NCBI GenBank assembly: GCA_963920595.1
Contig: OY986947.1
Span: 6,448,001-6,512,000, forward strand
Direction: 5' to 3'
Source: Eimeria praecox
Lineage: Eukaryota
DNA: 64,000 nucleotides
Made by a program: the position numbers and the translations under genes. The number at the start of each line of letters is the position of its first letter. Within the stretch, counting starts at the first letter, position 1. Positions 42,101-57,100 of this stretch are shown in pieces. The notes beneath the pieces were generated by a model, which searched no databases, was not told where the DNA came from, and was given only the letters and a program-made list of their open reading frames with translations.

Positions 42101-45100
42101 TTTCATTGTTGAGGGTTCCGGTTTGCACCTGTGTGGGTTTTGTGGCAGGTGGATTGTGTGGAGGGGTAGCTGCTGCAGAGAGCATATATGGATGTACCAT
42201 GCCGCCGCGGAACAGAAAGTATGGAGAGGGTTGTGGGCATGCGATGGAACGGAGCGGTGTGTGTGATTGGGTGGCAAGAATCAGTATTTTGTTTATGCAG
42301 GGGGTGGTCAAATGAAGTGACTTAATTGTGGATGAGAGGGCGGGGGGGGTGGGGGGGAGGATTGGGACGTTGGTGGTGCATTTGGCAGCATTGGTTTGTT
42401 TCTTTAGTGTGGGGTATGGAGGTGTGACCAGTGCGTGGGAGAAGGGGAGCATGGTGGTTCAATGCACCAGGAAGTATGTTTGGTTTTTCGTCTGCGTGGT
42501 TATTGGTAGGTGGGGTGGTCAGGTATTTGAGTAGCGGGGCTTGAAGGAGGCGTGTTGCGGAGCACAATGTGTGTGTCTAATCAAGGGCTGCACCTGGTAC
42601 CACCGAAAAAATGTTAGCTGGTGTTTTGTCGCTGAATTGTGATATATGATTGAGGCCCAGGAGAGGGTTTATTTGTGTGGCTTATGGAGGGGAGAGCTCG
42701 TACACTGTAGTCGTGAATGCGTTTAACATACCAGGAGGTACGGTCGACTTGCATTTGGCAAAAGAAGGAGTCGGGCGTTGACGCGGTGTAGACATTAGTG
42801 CATTTTACAGTTGGTCTGCAGGATTGCTGAAGTGTGGTTTGTGTGTGAGTGCAGTGAGCGTCAGGGATGATGCGTGTGAGATGGAGGGTGCAGGTCGTGC
42901 AATGTAGTCGTGAATGGGCTTCACTTATCAGGAAGTGCGTAGCAGGTGGCGTGGCGAATGGTTGGAGGGCCTTGGTGGGGCGTTATAGGGTAGTGGTGTT
43001 TCCAGTTAGGTTGCAAGAGCGGTGAAGGGTGGTTTGAATGGCAAAGGCGCCAGAGTGGCAATATTTTGAGGATGCGTTTTGGGGTGGGATCTGCATAGCG
43101 TCGGGAGTGGACACCAGGACATTTGATGAGTGGTTGTGCTGCATGGGGTAGCGTTGGTGGGTCTGCGGCGGCGCTTTAGCGTAGGTGACCTGAGTAGGAA
43201 GCGCCTGACAGTAGCCTCCAGCGTGTTTGCGTGTGTGTGTGTGGAGTATTCACTATTCACCAGGAGGTACGGCTTATATTGGGGTATAGCCCAAGCACGT
43301 GTTTATAAGGGATAGTGGGCAGTTTGGGTTTTTGGGTGCGCATGGAGTGGGCTGTGGCGTCACCTTAGGGCTCTCTGTTTCGCAAGATGAGATTCCATTG
43401 TGTTGGGGATAAGCGTGCAATTGGAGTGCGATGCAGGTTGCATTGTTGCAGCCCGAGAGGGAGGCGTGATTTGCAATTGAACAGGCTTGTGTGCATCAGA
43501 AAGTGCGTTTGTCCCTTGGATTGGGGAGGATGCGTTGTGTGCTTATCGGCATTTGGGATGTTGGGCGTTTCGCAGGGATTAGTTTGTCAGGGACTGTGTT
43601 GGGGTTGAGCGCTGTGAACAAGTTAAGCGACGGCGAGGGCTTGGTTGCTGGTTAGCTTCGTGGGCATTTGTGTGAGCCATTGGATTGGGGTGGTTTGTTG
43701 CCTATGGACCTGTTTCAGAAAGTATGGATTCTTGGGTGGGTGGAGTGTGGCAGGCGGACGAGAATGTTCCTTGCGTTGTGTGCAAGGCAGGTCTGGATCT
43801 ATGGTAGGGTAAGCATGGCCTGTTGAAGATGTTGACGGACGGCGTCTAGGAGGTGTTGGGCGCATGCGTTTCTATACATCTGGCATGCAGCACACTTTTT
43901 GCTGGTTCCGGATGTAATGTTATGCATTAGGGGAGGGATGCGGAGCACTCGAGAAGCAGTGTTCGTTTGTTCACTCTAGCTCGTGTTGAATCATGATGGG
44001 CATGCAGGGTAGCTCGCCACCATGTCAATGCGTCAGAAAGTAGGCGTCGTGGCCAGCTTGCGCCCATATGCACTGCTGTATAAGTCAGCAGATATGGTCG
44101 AAACTTGTTTCGTGTTTTCGGGAATGAGTATGAATGCGTTATAAGGTGTAAAAGGAGGTGAAGCGTCAGGAGCAAGATATCGATACCGTAGGGCCCGAGT
44201 GGTAGTTTCATTGTTGAGGGTTCCGGTTTGCACCTGTGTGGGTTTTGTGGCAGGTGGATTGTGTGGAGGGGTAGCTGCTGCAGAGAGCATATATGGATGT
44301 ACCATGCCGCCGCGGAACAGAAAGTATGGAGAGGGTTGTGGGCATGCGATGGAACGGAGCGGTGTGTGTGACTGGGTGGCAAGAATCAGTATTTTGTTTA
44401 TGCAGGGGGTGGTCAAATGAAGTGACTTAATTGTGGATGAGAGGGCGGGGGGGGTGGGGGGGAGGATTGGGACGTTGGTGGTGCATTTGGCAGCATTGGT
44501 TTGTTTCTTTAGTGTGGGGTATGGAGGTGTGAGCAAGGCGTGGGAGAAGGGGAGCATGGTGGTTCAATGCACCAGGAAGTATGTTTGGTTTTTCGTCTGC
44601 GTGGTTATTGGTAGGTGGGGTGGTCAGGTATTTGAGTAGCGGGGCTTGAAGGAGGCGTGTTGCGGAGCACAATGTGTGTGTCTAATCAAGGGCTGCACCT
44701 GGTACCACCGAAAAAATGTTAGCTGGTGTTTTGTCGCTGAATTGTGATATATGATTGAGGCCCAGGAGAGGGTTTATTTGTGTGGCTTATGGAGGGGAGA
44801 GCTCGTACACTGTAGTCGTGAATGCGTTTAACATACCAGGAGGTACGGTCGACTTGCATTTGGCAAAAGAAGGAGTCGGGCGTTGACGCGGTGTAGACAT
44901 TAGTGCATTTTACAGTTGGTCTGCAGGATTGCTGAAGTGTGGTTTGTGTGTGAGTGCAGTGAGCGTCAGGGATGATGCGTGGGATATGGAGGGTACATGT
45001 CGTGCAATGTAGTCGTGAATGGGCTTCACTTATCAGGAAGTGCGTAGGAGGTGGCGTGGCGAATGGTTGGAGGGCCTTGGTGGGCGTTATAGGGTAGTGG

Positions 45101-48100
45101 TGTTTCCATTTAGGTTGCAAGGGCGGTGAAGGGTGGTTTGAATGGCAAAGGCGCCAGAGTGGTAATATTTTGAGGATGCGTTTTGGGGTGGGATCTGCAT
45201 AGCGTCGGGATTGGATTCCAGGACATTTGATGAGTGGTTGTGCTGCATGGGGTAGCGTTGGTGGGTCTGCGGCGGCGCTTTAGCGTAGGTGACCTGAGTA
45301 GGAAGCGCCTGACAGTAGCCTCCAGCGTGTTTGCGTGTGTGTGTGTGGAGTATTCACTATTCACCAGGAGGTACGGCTTATATTGGGGTATAGCCCAAGC
45401 ACGTGTTTATAAGGGATAGTGGGCAGTTTGGGTTTTTGGGTGCGCATGGAGTGGGTTGTGGCGTCACCTTAGGGCTCTCTGTTTCGCAAGATGAGATTCC
45501 ATTGTGTTGGGGATAAGCGTGCAATTGGAGTGCGATGCAGGTTGCATTGTTGCAGCCCGAGAGGGAGGCGTGATTTGCAATTGAACAGGCTTGTGTGCAT
45601 CAGAAAGTGCGTTTGTCCCTTGGATTGGGGAGGATGCGTGGTGTGCTTATCGGCATTTGGGATGTTGGGCGTTTCGCAGGGATTAGTTTGTCAGGGACTG
45701 TGTTGGGGTTGAGCGCTGTGAACAAGTTAAGCGACGGCGAGGGCTTGGTTGCTGGTTAGCTTCGTGGGCATTTGTGTGAGCCATTGGATTGGGGTGGTTT
45801 GTTGCCTATGGACCTGTTTCAGAAAGTATGGATTCTTGGGTGGGTGGAGTGTGGCAGGCGGACGAGAATGTTCCTTGCGTTGTGTGCAAGGCAGGTCTGG
45901 ATCTATGGTAGGGTAAGCATGGCCTGTTGAAGATGTTGACGGACGGCGTCTAGGAGGTGTTGGGCGCATGCGTTTCTATACATCTGGCATGCAGCACACT
46001 TTTTGCTGGTTCCGGATGTAATGTTATGCATTAGGGGAGGGATGCGGAGCACTCGAGAAGCAGTGTTCGTTTGTTCACTCTAGCTCGTGTTGAATCATGA
46101 TGGGCATGCAGGGTAGCTCGCCACCATGTCAATGCGTCAGAAAGTAGGCGTCGTGGCCAGCTTGCGCCCATATGCACTGCTGTATAAGTCAGCAGATATG
46201 GTCGAAACTTGTTTGGTGTTTTCGGGAATGAGTATGAATGCGTTATAAGGTGTAAAAGGAGGTGAAGCGTCAGGAGCAAGATATCGATACCGTAGGGCCC
46301 GAGTGGTAGTTTCATTGTTGAGGGTTCCGGTTTGCACCTGTGTGGGTTTTGTGGCAGGTGGATTGTGTGGAGGGGTAGCTGCTGCAGAGAGCATATATGG
46401 ATGTACCATGCCGCCGCGGAACAGAAAGTATGGAGAGGGTTGTGGGCATGCGATGGAACGGAGCGGTGTGTGTGACTGGGTGGCAAGAATCAGTATTTTG
46501 TTTATGCAGGGGGTGGTCAAATGAAGTGACTTAATTGTGGATGAGAGGGCGGGGGGGGTGGGGGGGAGGATTGGGACGTTGGTGGTGCATTTGGCAGCAT
46601 TGGTTTGTTTCTTTAGTGTGGGGTATGGAGGTGTGAGCAAGGCGTGGGAGAAGGGGAGCATGGTGGTTCAATGCACCAGGAAGTATGTTTGGTTTTTCGT
46701 CTGCGTGGTTATTGGTAGGTGGGGTGGTCAGGTATTTGAGTAGCGGGGCTTGAAGGAGGCGTGTTGCGGAGCACAATGTGTGTGTCTAATCAAGGGCTGC
46801 ACCTGGTACCACCGAAAAAATGTTAGCTGGTGTTTTGTCGCTGAATTGTGATATATGATTGAGGCCCAGGAGAGGGTTTATTTGTGTGGCTTATGGAGGG
46901 GAGAGCTCGTACACTGTAGTCGTGAATGCGTTTAACATACCAGGAGGTACGGTCGACTTGCATTTGGCAAAAGAAGGAGTCGGGCGTTGACGCGGTGTAG
47001 ACATTAGTGCATTTTACAGTTGGTCTGCAGGATTGCTGAAGTGTGGTTTGTGTGTGAGTGCAGTGAGCGTCAGGGATGATGCGTGGGATATGGAGGGTAC
47101 ATGTCGTGCAATGTAGTCGTGAATGGGCTTCACTTATCAGGAAGTGCGTAGGAGGTGGCGTGGCGAATGGTTGGAGGGCCTTGGTGGGCGTTATAGGGTA
47201 GTGGTGTTTCCAGTTAGGTTGCAAGGGCGGTGAAGGGTGGTTTGAATGGCAAAGGCGCCAGAGTGGTAATATTTTGAGGATGCGTTTTGGGGTGGGATCT
47301 GCATAGCGTCGGGATTGGATTCCAGGACATTTGATGAGTGGTTGTGCTGCATGGGGTAGCGTTGGTGGGTCTGCGGCGGCGCTTTAGCGTAGGTGACCTG
47401 AGTAGGAAGCGCCTGACAGTAGCCTCCAGCGTGTTTGCGTGTGTGTGTGTGGAGTATTCACTATTCACCAGGAGGTACGGCTTATATTGGGGTATAGCCC
47501 AAGCACGTGTTTATAAGGGATAGTGGGCAGTTTGGGTTTTTGGGTGCGCATGGAGTGGGTTGTGGCGTCACCTTAGGGCTCTCTGTTTCGCAAGATGAGA
47601 TTCCATTGTGTTGGGGATAAGCGTGCAATTGGAGTGCGATGCAGGTTGCATTGTTGCAGCCCGAGAGGGAGGCGTGATTTGCAATTGAACAGGCTTGTGT
47701 GCATCAGAAAGTGCGTTTGTCCCTTGGATTGGGGAGGATGCGTGGTGTGCTTATCGGCATTTGGGATGTTGGGCGTTTCGCAGGGATTAGTTTGTCAGGG
47801 ACTGTGTTGGGGTTGAGCGCTGTGAACAAGTTAAGCGACGGCGAGGGCTTGGTTGCTGGTTAGCTTCGTGGGCATTTGTGTGAGCCATTGGATTGGGGTG
47901 GTTTGTGGCCTATGGACCTGTTTCAGAAAGTATGGATTCTTGGGTGGGTGGAGTGTGGCAGGTGGACGAGAATGTTCCTTGCGTTGTTTGCAAGGCAGGT
48001 CTGGATCTATGGTAGGGTAACCATGACCTGTTGAGGATGTTGACGGACGGCGACTAGGAGGTGTTGGGCGCATGCGTTTCTATACAGCTGGCATGCAGCA

Positions 48101-51100
48101 CACGTTTGGCTGGTTCCGGATGTAATGTTATGCATTAGGGGAGGGATGCGGAGCACTCGAGAAGCAGTGTTCGTTTGTTCACTCTAGCTCGTGTTGAATC
48201 ATGATGGGCATGCAGGGTAGCTCGCCACCATGTCAATGCGTCAGAAAGTAGGCGTCGTGGCCAGCTTGCGCCCATATGCACTGCTGTATAAGTCAGCAGA
48301 TATGGTCGAAACTTGTTTCGTGTTTTCGGGAATGAGTATGAATGCGTTATAAGGTGGAAAAGGAGGTGAAGCGTCAGGAGCAAGATATCGATACCGTAGG
48401 GCCCGAGTGGTAGTTTCATTGTTGAGGGTTCCGGTTTGCACCTGTGTGGGTTTTGTGGCAGGTGGATTGTGTGGAGGGGTAGCTGCTGCAGAGAGCATAT
48501 ATGGATGTTCCATGCCGCCGCGGAACAGAAAGTATGCAGAGGGTTGTGGGCTTGCGATGGAACGGAGCGGTGTGTGTGATTGGGTGGCAAGAATCAGTAT
48601 TTTGTTTATGCAGGGGGTGGTCAAATGAAGTGACTTAATTGTGGATGAGAGGGCGGGGCGGTGGGGGGGAGGATTGGGACGTTGGTGGCGCATTTGGCAG
48701 CATTGGCTTGTTTCTTTAGTGTGGGGTATGGAGGTGTGAGCAAGGCGTGGGAGAAGGGGAGCATGGTGGTTCAATGCACCAGGAAGTATGTTTGGTTTTT
48801 CGTCTGCGTGGTTATTGGTAGGTGGGGTGGTCAGGTATTTGAGTAGCGGGGCTTGAAGGAGGCGTGTTGCGGAGCACAATGTGTGTGTCTAATCAAGGGC
48901 TGCACCTGGTACCACCGAAAAAATGTTAGCTGGTGTTTTGTCGCTGAATTGTGATATATGATTGAGGCCCAGGAGAGGGTTTATTTGTGTGGCTTATGGA
49001 GGGGAGAGCTCGTACACTGTAGTCGTGAATGCGTTTAACATACCAGGAGGTACGGTCGACCTGCATTTGGCAAAAGAAGGAGTCGGGCGTTGACGCGGTG
49101 CAGACATTAGTGCATTTTACAGTTGGTTTGCAGGATTGCTGAAGTGTGGTTTGTGTGTGAGTGCAGTGAGCGTCAGGGATGATGCGTGTGAGATGGAGGG
49201 TACATGTCGTGCAATGTAGTCGTGAATGGGCTTCACTTATCAGGAAGTGCGTAGGAGGTGGCGTGGCGAATGGTTGGAGGGCCTTGGTGGGCGTTATAGG
49301 GTAATGGTGTTTCCAGTTAGGTTGCAAGGGCGGTGAAGGGTGGTTTGAATGGCAAAGGCGCCAGAGTGGTAATATTTTGAGGATGCGTTTTGGGGTGGGA
49401 TCTGCATAGCGTCGGGATTGGATTCCAGGACATTTGATGAGTGGTTGTGCTGCATGGGGTAGCGTTGGTGGGTCTGCGGCGGCGCTTTAGCGTAGGTGAC
49501 CTGAGTAGGAAGCGCCTGACAGTAGCCTCCAGCGTGTTTGCGTGTGTGTGTGTGGAGTATTCACTATTCACCAGGAGGTACGGTTTATATTGGGGTATAG
49601 CCCAAGCACGTGTTTATAAGGGATAGTGGGCAGTTTGGGTTTTTGGGTGCGCATGGAGTGGGTTGTGGCGTCACCCTAGGGCTGTCCGCGTCGCAAGATG
49701 AGATTCCATTGTGTTGAGGATAAGCGTGCAGTTGGAGTGCGATGCAGGTTGCATTGTTGCAGCCCGAGAGGGAGGCGTGATTTGCAATTGAACAGGCTTG
49801 TGTGCATCAGAAAGTGCGTTTGTCCCTTGGATTGGGGAGGATGCGTGGTGTGCTTATCGGCATTTGGGATGTTGGGCGTTTCGCAGGGATTAGTTTGTCA
49901 GGGACTGTGTTGGGGTTGAGCGCTGTGAACAAGTTAAGCGACGGCGAGGGCTTGGTTGCTGGTTAGCTTCGTGGGCATTTGTGTGAGCCATTGGATTGGG
50001 GTGGTTTGTGGCCTATGGACCTGTTTCAGAAAGTATGGATTCTTGGGTGGGTGGAGTGTGGCAGGTGGACGAGAATGTTCCTTGCGTTGTGTGCAAGGCA
50101 GGTCTGGATCTATGGTAGGGTAACCATGACCTGTTGAGGATGTTGACGGACGGCGACTAGGAGGTGTTGGGCGCATGCGTTTCTATACAGCTGGCATGCA
50201 GCACACGTTTGGCTGGTTCCGGATGTAATGTTATGCATTAGGGGAGGGATGCGGAGCACTCGAGAAGCAGTGTTCGTTTGTTCACTCTAGCTCGTGTTGA
50301 ATCATGATGGGCATGCAGGGTAGCTCGCCACCATGTCAATGCGTCAGAAAGTAGGCGTCGTGGCCAGCTTGCGCCCATATGCACTGCTGTATAAGTCAGC
50401 AGATATGGTCCAAACTTGTTTCGTGTTTTCGGGAATGAGTATGAATGCGTTATAAGGTGGAAAAGGAGGTGAAGCGTCAGGAGCAAGATATCGATACCGT
50501 AGGGCCCGAGTGGTAGTTTCATTGTTGAGGGTTCCGGTTTGCACCTGTGTGGGTTTTGTGGCAGGTGGATTGTGTGGAGGGGTAGCTGCTGCAGAGAGCA
50601 TATATGGATGTTCCATGCCGCCGCGGAACAGAAAGTATGCAGAGGGTTGTGGGCTTGCGATGGAACGGAGCGGTGTGTGTGATTGGGTGGCAAGAATCAG
50701 TATTTTGTTTATGCAGGGGGTGGTCAAATGAAGTGACTTAATTGTGGATGAGAGGGCGGGGGGGGTGGGGGGGAGGATTGGGACGTTGGTGGCGCATTTG
50801 GCAGCATTGGCTTGTTTCTTTAGTGTGGGGTATGGAGGTGTGAGCAAGGCGTGGGAGAAGGGGAGCATGGTGGTTCAATGCACCAGGAAGTATGTTTGGT
50901 TTTTCGTCTGCGTGGTTATTGGTAGGTGGGGTGGTCAGGTATTTGAGTAGCGGGGCTTGAAGGAGGCGTGTTGCGGAGCACAATGTGTGTGTCTAATCAA
51001 GGGCTGCACCTGGTACCACCGAAAAAATGTTAGCTGGTGTTTTGTCGCTGAATTGTGATATATGATTGAGGCCCAGGAGAGGGTTTATTTGTGTGGCTTA

Positions 51101-54100
51101 TGGAGGGGAGAGCTCGTACACTGTAGTCGTGGATGCGTTTAACATACCAGGAGGTACGGTCGACCTGCATTTGGCAAAAGAAGGAGTCGGGCGTTGACGC
51201 GGTGCAGACATTAGTGCATTTTACAGTTGGTTTGCAGGATTGCTGAAGTGTGGTTTGTGTGTGAGTGCAGTGAGCGTCAGGGATGATGCGTGTGAGATGG
51301 AGGGTACATGTCGTGCAATGTAGTCGTGAATGGGCTTCACTTATCAGGAAGTGCGTAGGAGGTGGCGTGGCGAATGGTTGGAGGGCCTTGGTGGGCGTTA
51401 TAGGGTAATGGTGTTTCCAGTTAGGTTGCAAGGGCGGTGAAGGGTGGTTTGAATGGCAAAGGCGCCAGAGTGGTAATATTTTGAGGATGCGTTTTGGGGT
51501 GGGATCTGCATAGCGTCGGGAGTGGATTCCAGGACATTTGATGAGTGGTTGTGCTGCATGGGGTAGCGTTGGTGGGTCTGCGGCGGCGCTTTAGCGTAGG
51601 TGACCTGAGTAGGAAGCGCCTGACAGTAGCCTCCAGCGTGTTTGCGTGTGTGTGTGTGGAGTATTCACTATTCACCAGGAGGTACGGTTTATATTGGGGT
51701 ATAGCCCAAGCACGTGTTTATAAGGGATAGTGGGCAGTTTGGGTTTTTGGGTGCGCATGGAGTGGGTTGTGGCGTCACCCTAGGGCTGTCCGCGTCGCAA
51801 GATGAGATTCCATTGTGTTGAGGATAAGCGTGCAGTTGGAGTGCGATGCAGGTTGCATTGTTGCAGCCCGAGAGGGAGGCGTGATTTGCAATTGAACAGG
51901 CTTGTGTGCATCAGAAAGTGCGTTTGTCCCTTGGATTGGGGAGGATGCGTGGTGTGCTTATCGGCATTTGGGATGTTGGGCGTTTCGCAGGGATTAGTTT
52001 GTCAGGGACTGTGTTGGGGTTGAGCGCTGTGAACAAGTTAAGCGACGGCGAAGGCTTGGTTGCTGGTTAGCTTCGTGGGCATTTGTGTGAGCCATTGGAT
52101 TGGGGTGGTTTGTTGCCTATGGACCTGTTTCAGAAAGTATGGATTCTTGGGTGGGTGGAGTGTGGCAGGCGGACGAGAATGTTCCTTGCGTTGTGTGCAA
52201 GGCGGGTCTGGATCTATGGTAGGGTAAGCATGGCCTGTTGAAGATGTTGACGGACGGCGCCTAGGAGGTGTTGGGTGCATGCGTTTCTATACAGCTGGCA
52301 TGCAGCACACTTTTGGCTGGTTCCGGATGTAATGTTATGCATTAGGAGAGGGATGCGGCGCACTCGAGAAGCAGTGTTCGTTTGTTCACTCGAGCTCGTG
52401 TTGAATCATGATGGGCATGCAGGGTAGCTCGCCACCATGTCAATGCGTCAGAAAGTAGGCGTCGTGGCCAGCTTGCGCCCATATGCACTGCTGTATAAGT
52501 CAGCAGATATGGTCGAAACTTGTTTCGTGTTTTCGGGAATGAGTATGAATGCGTTATAAGGTGTAAAAGGAGGTGAAGCGTCAGGAGCAAGATATCGATA
52601 CCGTAGGGCCCGAGTGGTAGTTTCATTGTTGAGGGTTCCGGTTTGCACCTGTGTGGGTTTTGTGGCAGGTGGATTGTGTGGAGGGGTAGCTGCTGCAGAG
52701 AGCATATATGGATGTACCATGCCGCCGCGGAACAGAAAGTATGGAGAGGGTTGTGGGCATGCGATGGAACGGAGCGGTGTGTGTGACTGGGTGGCAAGAA
52801 TCAGTATTTTGTTTATGCAGGGGGTGGTCAAATGAAGTGACTTAATTGTGGATGAGAGGGCGGGGGCGGTGGGGGGGAGGATTGGGACGTTGGTGGTGCA
52901 ATTGGCAGCATTGGTTTGTTTCTTTAATGTGGGGTATGGAGGTGTGAGCAAGGCGTGGGGAGAAGGGGAGCATGGTGGTTCAATGCACCAGGAAGTATGT
53001 TTGGTTTTTCGTCTGCGTGGTTATTGGTAGGTGGGGTGGTCAGATATTTGAGTAGCGGGCCTTGAAGGAGGCGTGTTGTGGAGCACAATGTGTGTGTCTA
53101 ATCAAGGGCTGCACCTGGTACCACCGAAAAAATGTTAGCTGGTGTTTTGTCGCTGAATTGTGATATATGATTGAGGCCCAGGAGAGGGTTTATTTGTGTG
53201 GCTTATGGAGGGGAGAGCTCGTACACTGTAGTCTTGAATGCGTTTAACATACCAGGAGGTATGGCCGACTTGCATTTGGCAAAAGAAGGAGTCGGGCGTT
53301 GACGTGGTGTAGACATTAGTGCATTTTACAGTTGGTCTGCAGGATTGCTGAAGTGTGGTTTGTGTGTGAGTGCAGTGAGCGTCAGGGATGATGCGTGGGA
53401 TATGGAGGGTGCATGTCGTGCAATGTAGTCGTGAATGGGCTTCACTTATCAGGAAGTGCGTAGGAGGTGGCGTGGCGAATGGTTGGAGGGCCTTGGTGGG
53501 GCATTATAGGGTAGTGGTGTTTCCAGTTAGGTTGCAAGGGCATTGAAGGGTAGTTTGAATGGCAAAGGCGCCAGAGTGGCAATATTTTGAGGATGCGTTT
53601 TGGGGTGGGATCTGCATAGCGTCGGGATTGGATTCCAGGACATTTGATGAGTGGTTGTGCTGCATGGGGTAGCGTTGGTGGGTCTGCGGCGGCGCTTTAG
53701 CGTAGGTGACCTGAGTAGGAAGCGCCTGACAGTAGCCTCCAGCGTGTTTGCGTGTGTGTGTGTGGAGTATTCACTATTCACCAGGAGGTACGGCTTATAC
53801 TGGGGTATAGCCCAAGCACGTGTTTATAAGGGATAGTGGGCAGTTTGGGTTTTTGGGTGCGCATGGAGTGGGTTGTGGCGTCACCCTAGGGCTGTCCGCG
53901 TCGCAAGATGAGATTCCATTGTGTTGGGGATAAGCGTGCAATTGGAGTGCGATGCAGGTTGCATTGTTGCAGCCCGAGAAGGAGGCATGAGTTGCAATTG
54001 AACAGGCTTGTGTGCATCAGAAAGTGCGTTTGTCCCTTAGATTGGGGAGGATGCGTGGTGTTCGTGGTGTGCGTATCGGCATTTGGGATGTTGGGCGTTT

Positions 54101-57100
54101 CGCAGGGATTAGTTTGTCAGGGACTGTGTTGGGGTTGAGCGCTGTGAACAAGTTAAGCGACGGCGAGGGCTTGGTTGCTGGTTAGCTTCGTGGGCATTTG
54201 CGTGAGCCATTGGGTTGGGGTGGTTTGTTGCCTATGGACCTGTTTCAGAAAGTAAGGATTCTTGGGTGGGTGGAGTGTGGCAGGTGGACGAGAATGTTCC
54301 TTGCGTTGTGTGCAAGGCGGGTCTGGATCTATGGGAGGGTAAGCATGGCCTGTTGAGGATGTTGACGGACGGCGTCTAGGAGGTGTAGGGCGCATGCGTT
54401 TCTATACAGCTGGCATGCAGCACACTTTTGGCTGGTTCCGGATGTAATGTTATGCATTAGGGGAGGGATGCGGAGCACTCGAGAAGCAGTGTTCGTTTGT
54501 TCACTCGAGCTCGTGTTGAATCATGATGGGCATGCAGGGTAGCTCGCCACCATGTCAATGCGTCAGAAAGTAGGCGTCGTGGCCAGCTTGCGCCCATATG
54601 CACTGCTGTATAAGTCAGCAGATATGGTCCAAACTTGTTTCGTGTTTTCGGGAATGAGTATGAATGCGTTATAAGGTGTAAAAGGAGGTGAAGCGTCAGG
54701 AGCAAGATATCGATACCGTAGGGCCCGAGTGGTAGTTTCATTGTTGAGGGTTCCGGTTTGCACCTGTGTGGGTTTTGTGGCAGGTGGATTGTGTGGAGGG
54801 GTAGCTGCTGCAGAGAGCATATATGGATGTTCCATGCCGCCGCGGAACAGAAAGTATGCAGAGGGTTGTGGGCATGCGATGGAACGGAAGGGTGTGTGTG
54901 ATTGGGTGGCAAGAATCAGTATTTTGTTTATGCAGGGGGTGGTCAAATGAAGTGACTTAATTGTGGATGAGAGGGCGGGGGGGTGGGGGGGAGGATTGGG
55001 ACGTTGGTGGTGCAATTGGCAGCATTGGTTTGTTTCTTTAGTGTGGGGTATGGAGGTGTGACCAATGCGTGGGAGAAGGGGAGCATGGTGGTTCAATGCA
55101 CCAGGAAGTATGTTTGGTTTTTCGTCTGCGTGGTTATTGGTAGGTGGGGTGGTCAGGTATTTGAGTAGCGGGGCTTGAAGGAGGCGTGTTGCGGAGCACA
55201 ATGTGTGTGTCTAATCAAGGGCTGCACCTGGTACCACCGAAAAAATGTTAGCTGGTGTTTTGTCGCTGAATTGTGATATATGATTGAGGCCCAGGAGAGG
55301 GTTTATTTGTGTGGCTTATGGAGGGGAGAGCTCGTACACTGTAGTCGTGGATGCGTTTAACATACCAGGAGGTACGGTCGACTTGCATTTGGCAAAAGAA
55401 GGAGTCGGGCGTTGACGCGGTGTAGACATTAGTGCATTTTACAGTTGGTCTGCAGGATTGCTGAAGTGTGGTTTGTGTGTGAGTGCAGTGAGCGTCAGGG
55501 ATGATGCGTGTGAGATGGAGGGTACATGTCGTGCAATGTAGTCGTGAATGGGCTTCACTTATCAGGAAGTGCGTAGCAGGTGGCGTGGTGAATGGTTGGA
55601 GGGCCTTGGTGGGCATTATAGGGTAATGGTGTTTCCAGTTAGGTTGCAAGGGCGGTGAAGGGTGGTTTGAATGGCAAAGGCGCCAGAGTGGTAATATTTT
55701 GAGGATGCGTTTTGGGGTGGGATCTGCATAGCGTCGGGATTGGATTCCAGGACATTTGATGAGTGGTTGTGCTGCATGGGGTAGCGTTGGTGGGTCTGCG
55801 GCGGCGCTTTAGCGTAGGTGACCTGAGTAGGAAGCGCCTGACAGTAGCCTCCAGCGTGTTTGCGTGTGTGTGTGTGGAGTATTCACTATTCACCAGGAGG
55901 TACGGTTTATATTGGGGTATAGCCCAAGCACGTGTTTATAAGGGATAGTGGGCAGTTTGGGTTTTTGGGTGCGCATGGAGTGGGTTGTGGCGTCACCCTA
56001 GGGCTGTCCGCGTCGCAAGATGAGATTCCATTGTGTTGAGGATAAGCGTGCAGTTGGAGTGCGATGCAGGTTGCATTGTTGCAGCCCGAGAGGGAGGCGT
56101 GATTTGCAATTGAACAGGCTTGTGTGCATCAGAAAGTGCGTTTGTCCCTTGGATTGGGGAGGATGCGTGGTGTGCTTATCGGCATTTGGGATGTTGGGCG
56201 TTTCGCAGGGATTAGTTTGTCAGGGACTGTGTTGGGGTTGAGCGCTGTGAACAAGTTAAGCGACGGCGAGGGCTTGGTTGCTGGTTAGCTTCGTGGGCAT
56301 TTGTGTGAGCCATTGGATTGGGGTGGTTTGTGGCCTATGGACCTGTTTCAGAAAGTATGGATTCTTGGGTGGGTGGAGTGTGGCAGGTGGACGAGAATGT
56401 TCCTTGCGTTGTTTGCAAGGCAGGTCTGGATCTATGGTAGGGTAACCATGACCTGTTGAGGATGTTGACGGACGGCGACTAGGAGGTGTTGGGCGCATGC
56501 GTTTCTATACAGCTGGCATGCAGCACACGTTTGGCTGGTTCCGGATGTAATGTTATGCATTAGGGGAGGGATGCGGAGCACTCGAGAAGCAGTGTTCGTT
56601 TGTTCACTCTAGCTCGTGTTGAATCATGATGGGCATGCAGGGTAGCTCGCCACCATGTCAATGCGTCAGAAAGTAGGCGTCGTGGCCAGCTTGCGCCCAT
56701 ATGCACTGCTGTATAAGTCAGCAGATATGGTCGAAACTTGTTTCGTGTTTTCGGGAATGAGTATGAATGCGTTATAAGGTGGAAAAGGAGGTGAAGCGTC
56801 AGGAGCAAGATATCGATACCGTAGGGCCCGAGTGGTAGTTTCATTGTTGAGGGTTCCGGTTTGCACCTGTGTGGGTTTTGTGGCAGGTGGATTGTGTGGA
56901 GGGGTAGCTGCTGCAGAGAGCATATATGGATGTTCCATGCCGCCGCGGAACAGAAAGTATGGAGAGGGTTGTGGGCTTGCGATGGAACGGAGCGGTGTGT
57001 GTGATTGGGTGGCAAGAATCAGTATTTTGTTTATGCAGGGGGTGGTCAAATGAAGTGACTTAATTGTGGATGAGAGGGCGGGGCGGTGGGGGGGAGGATT

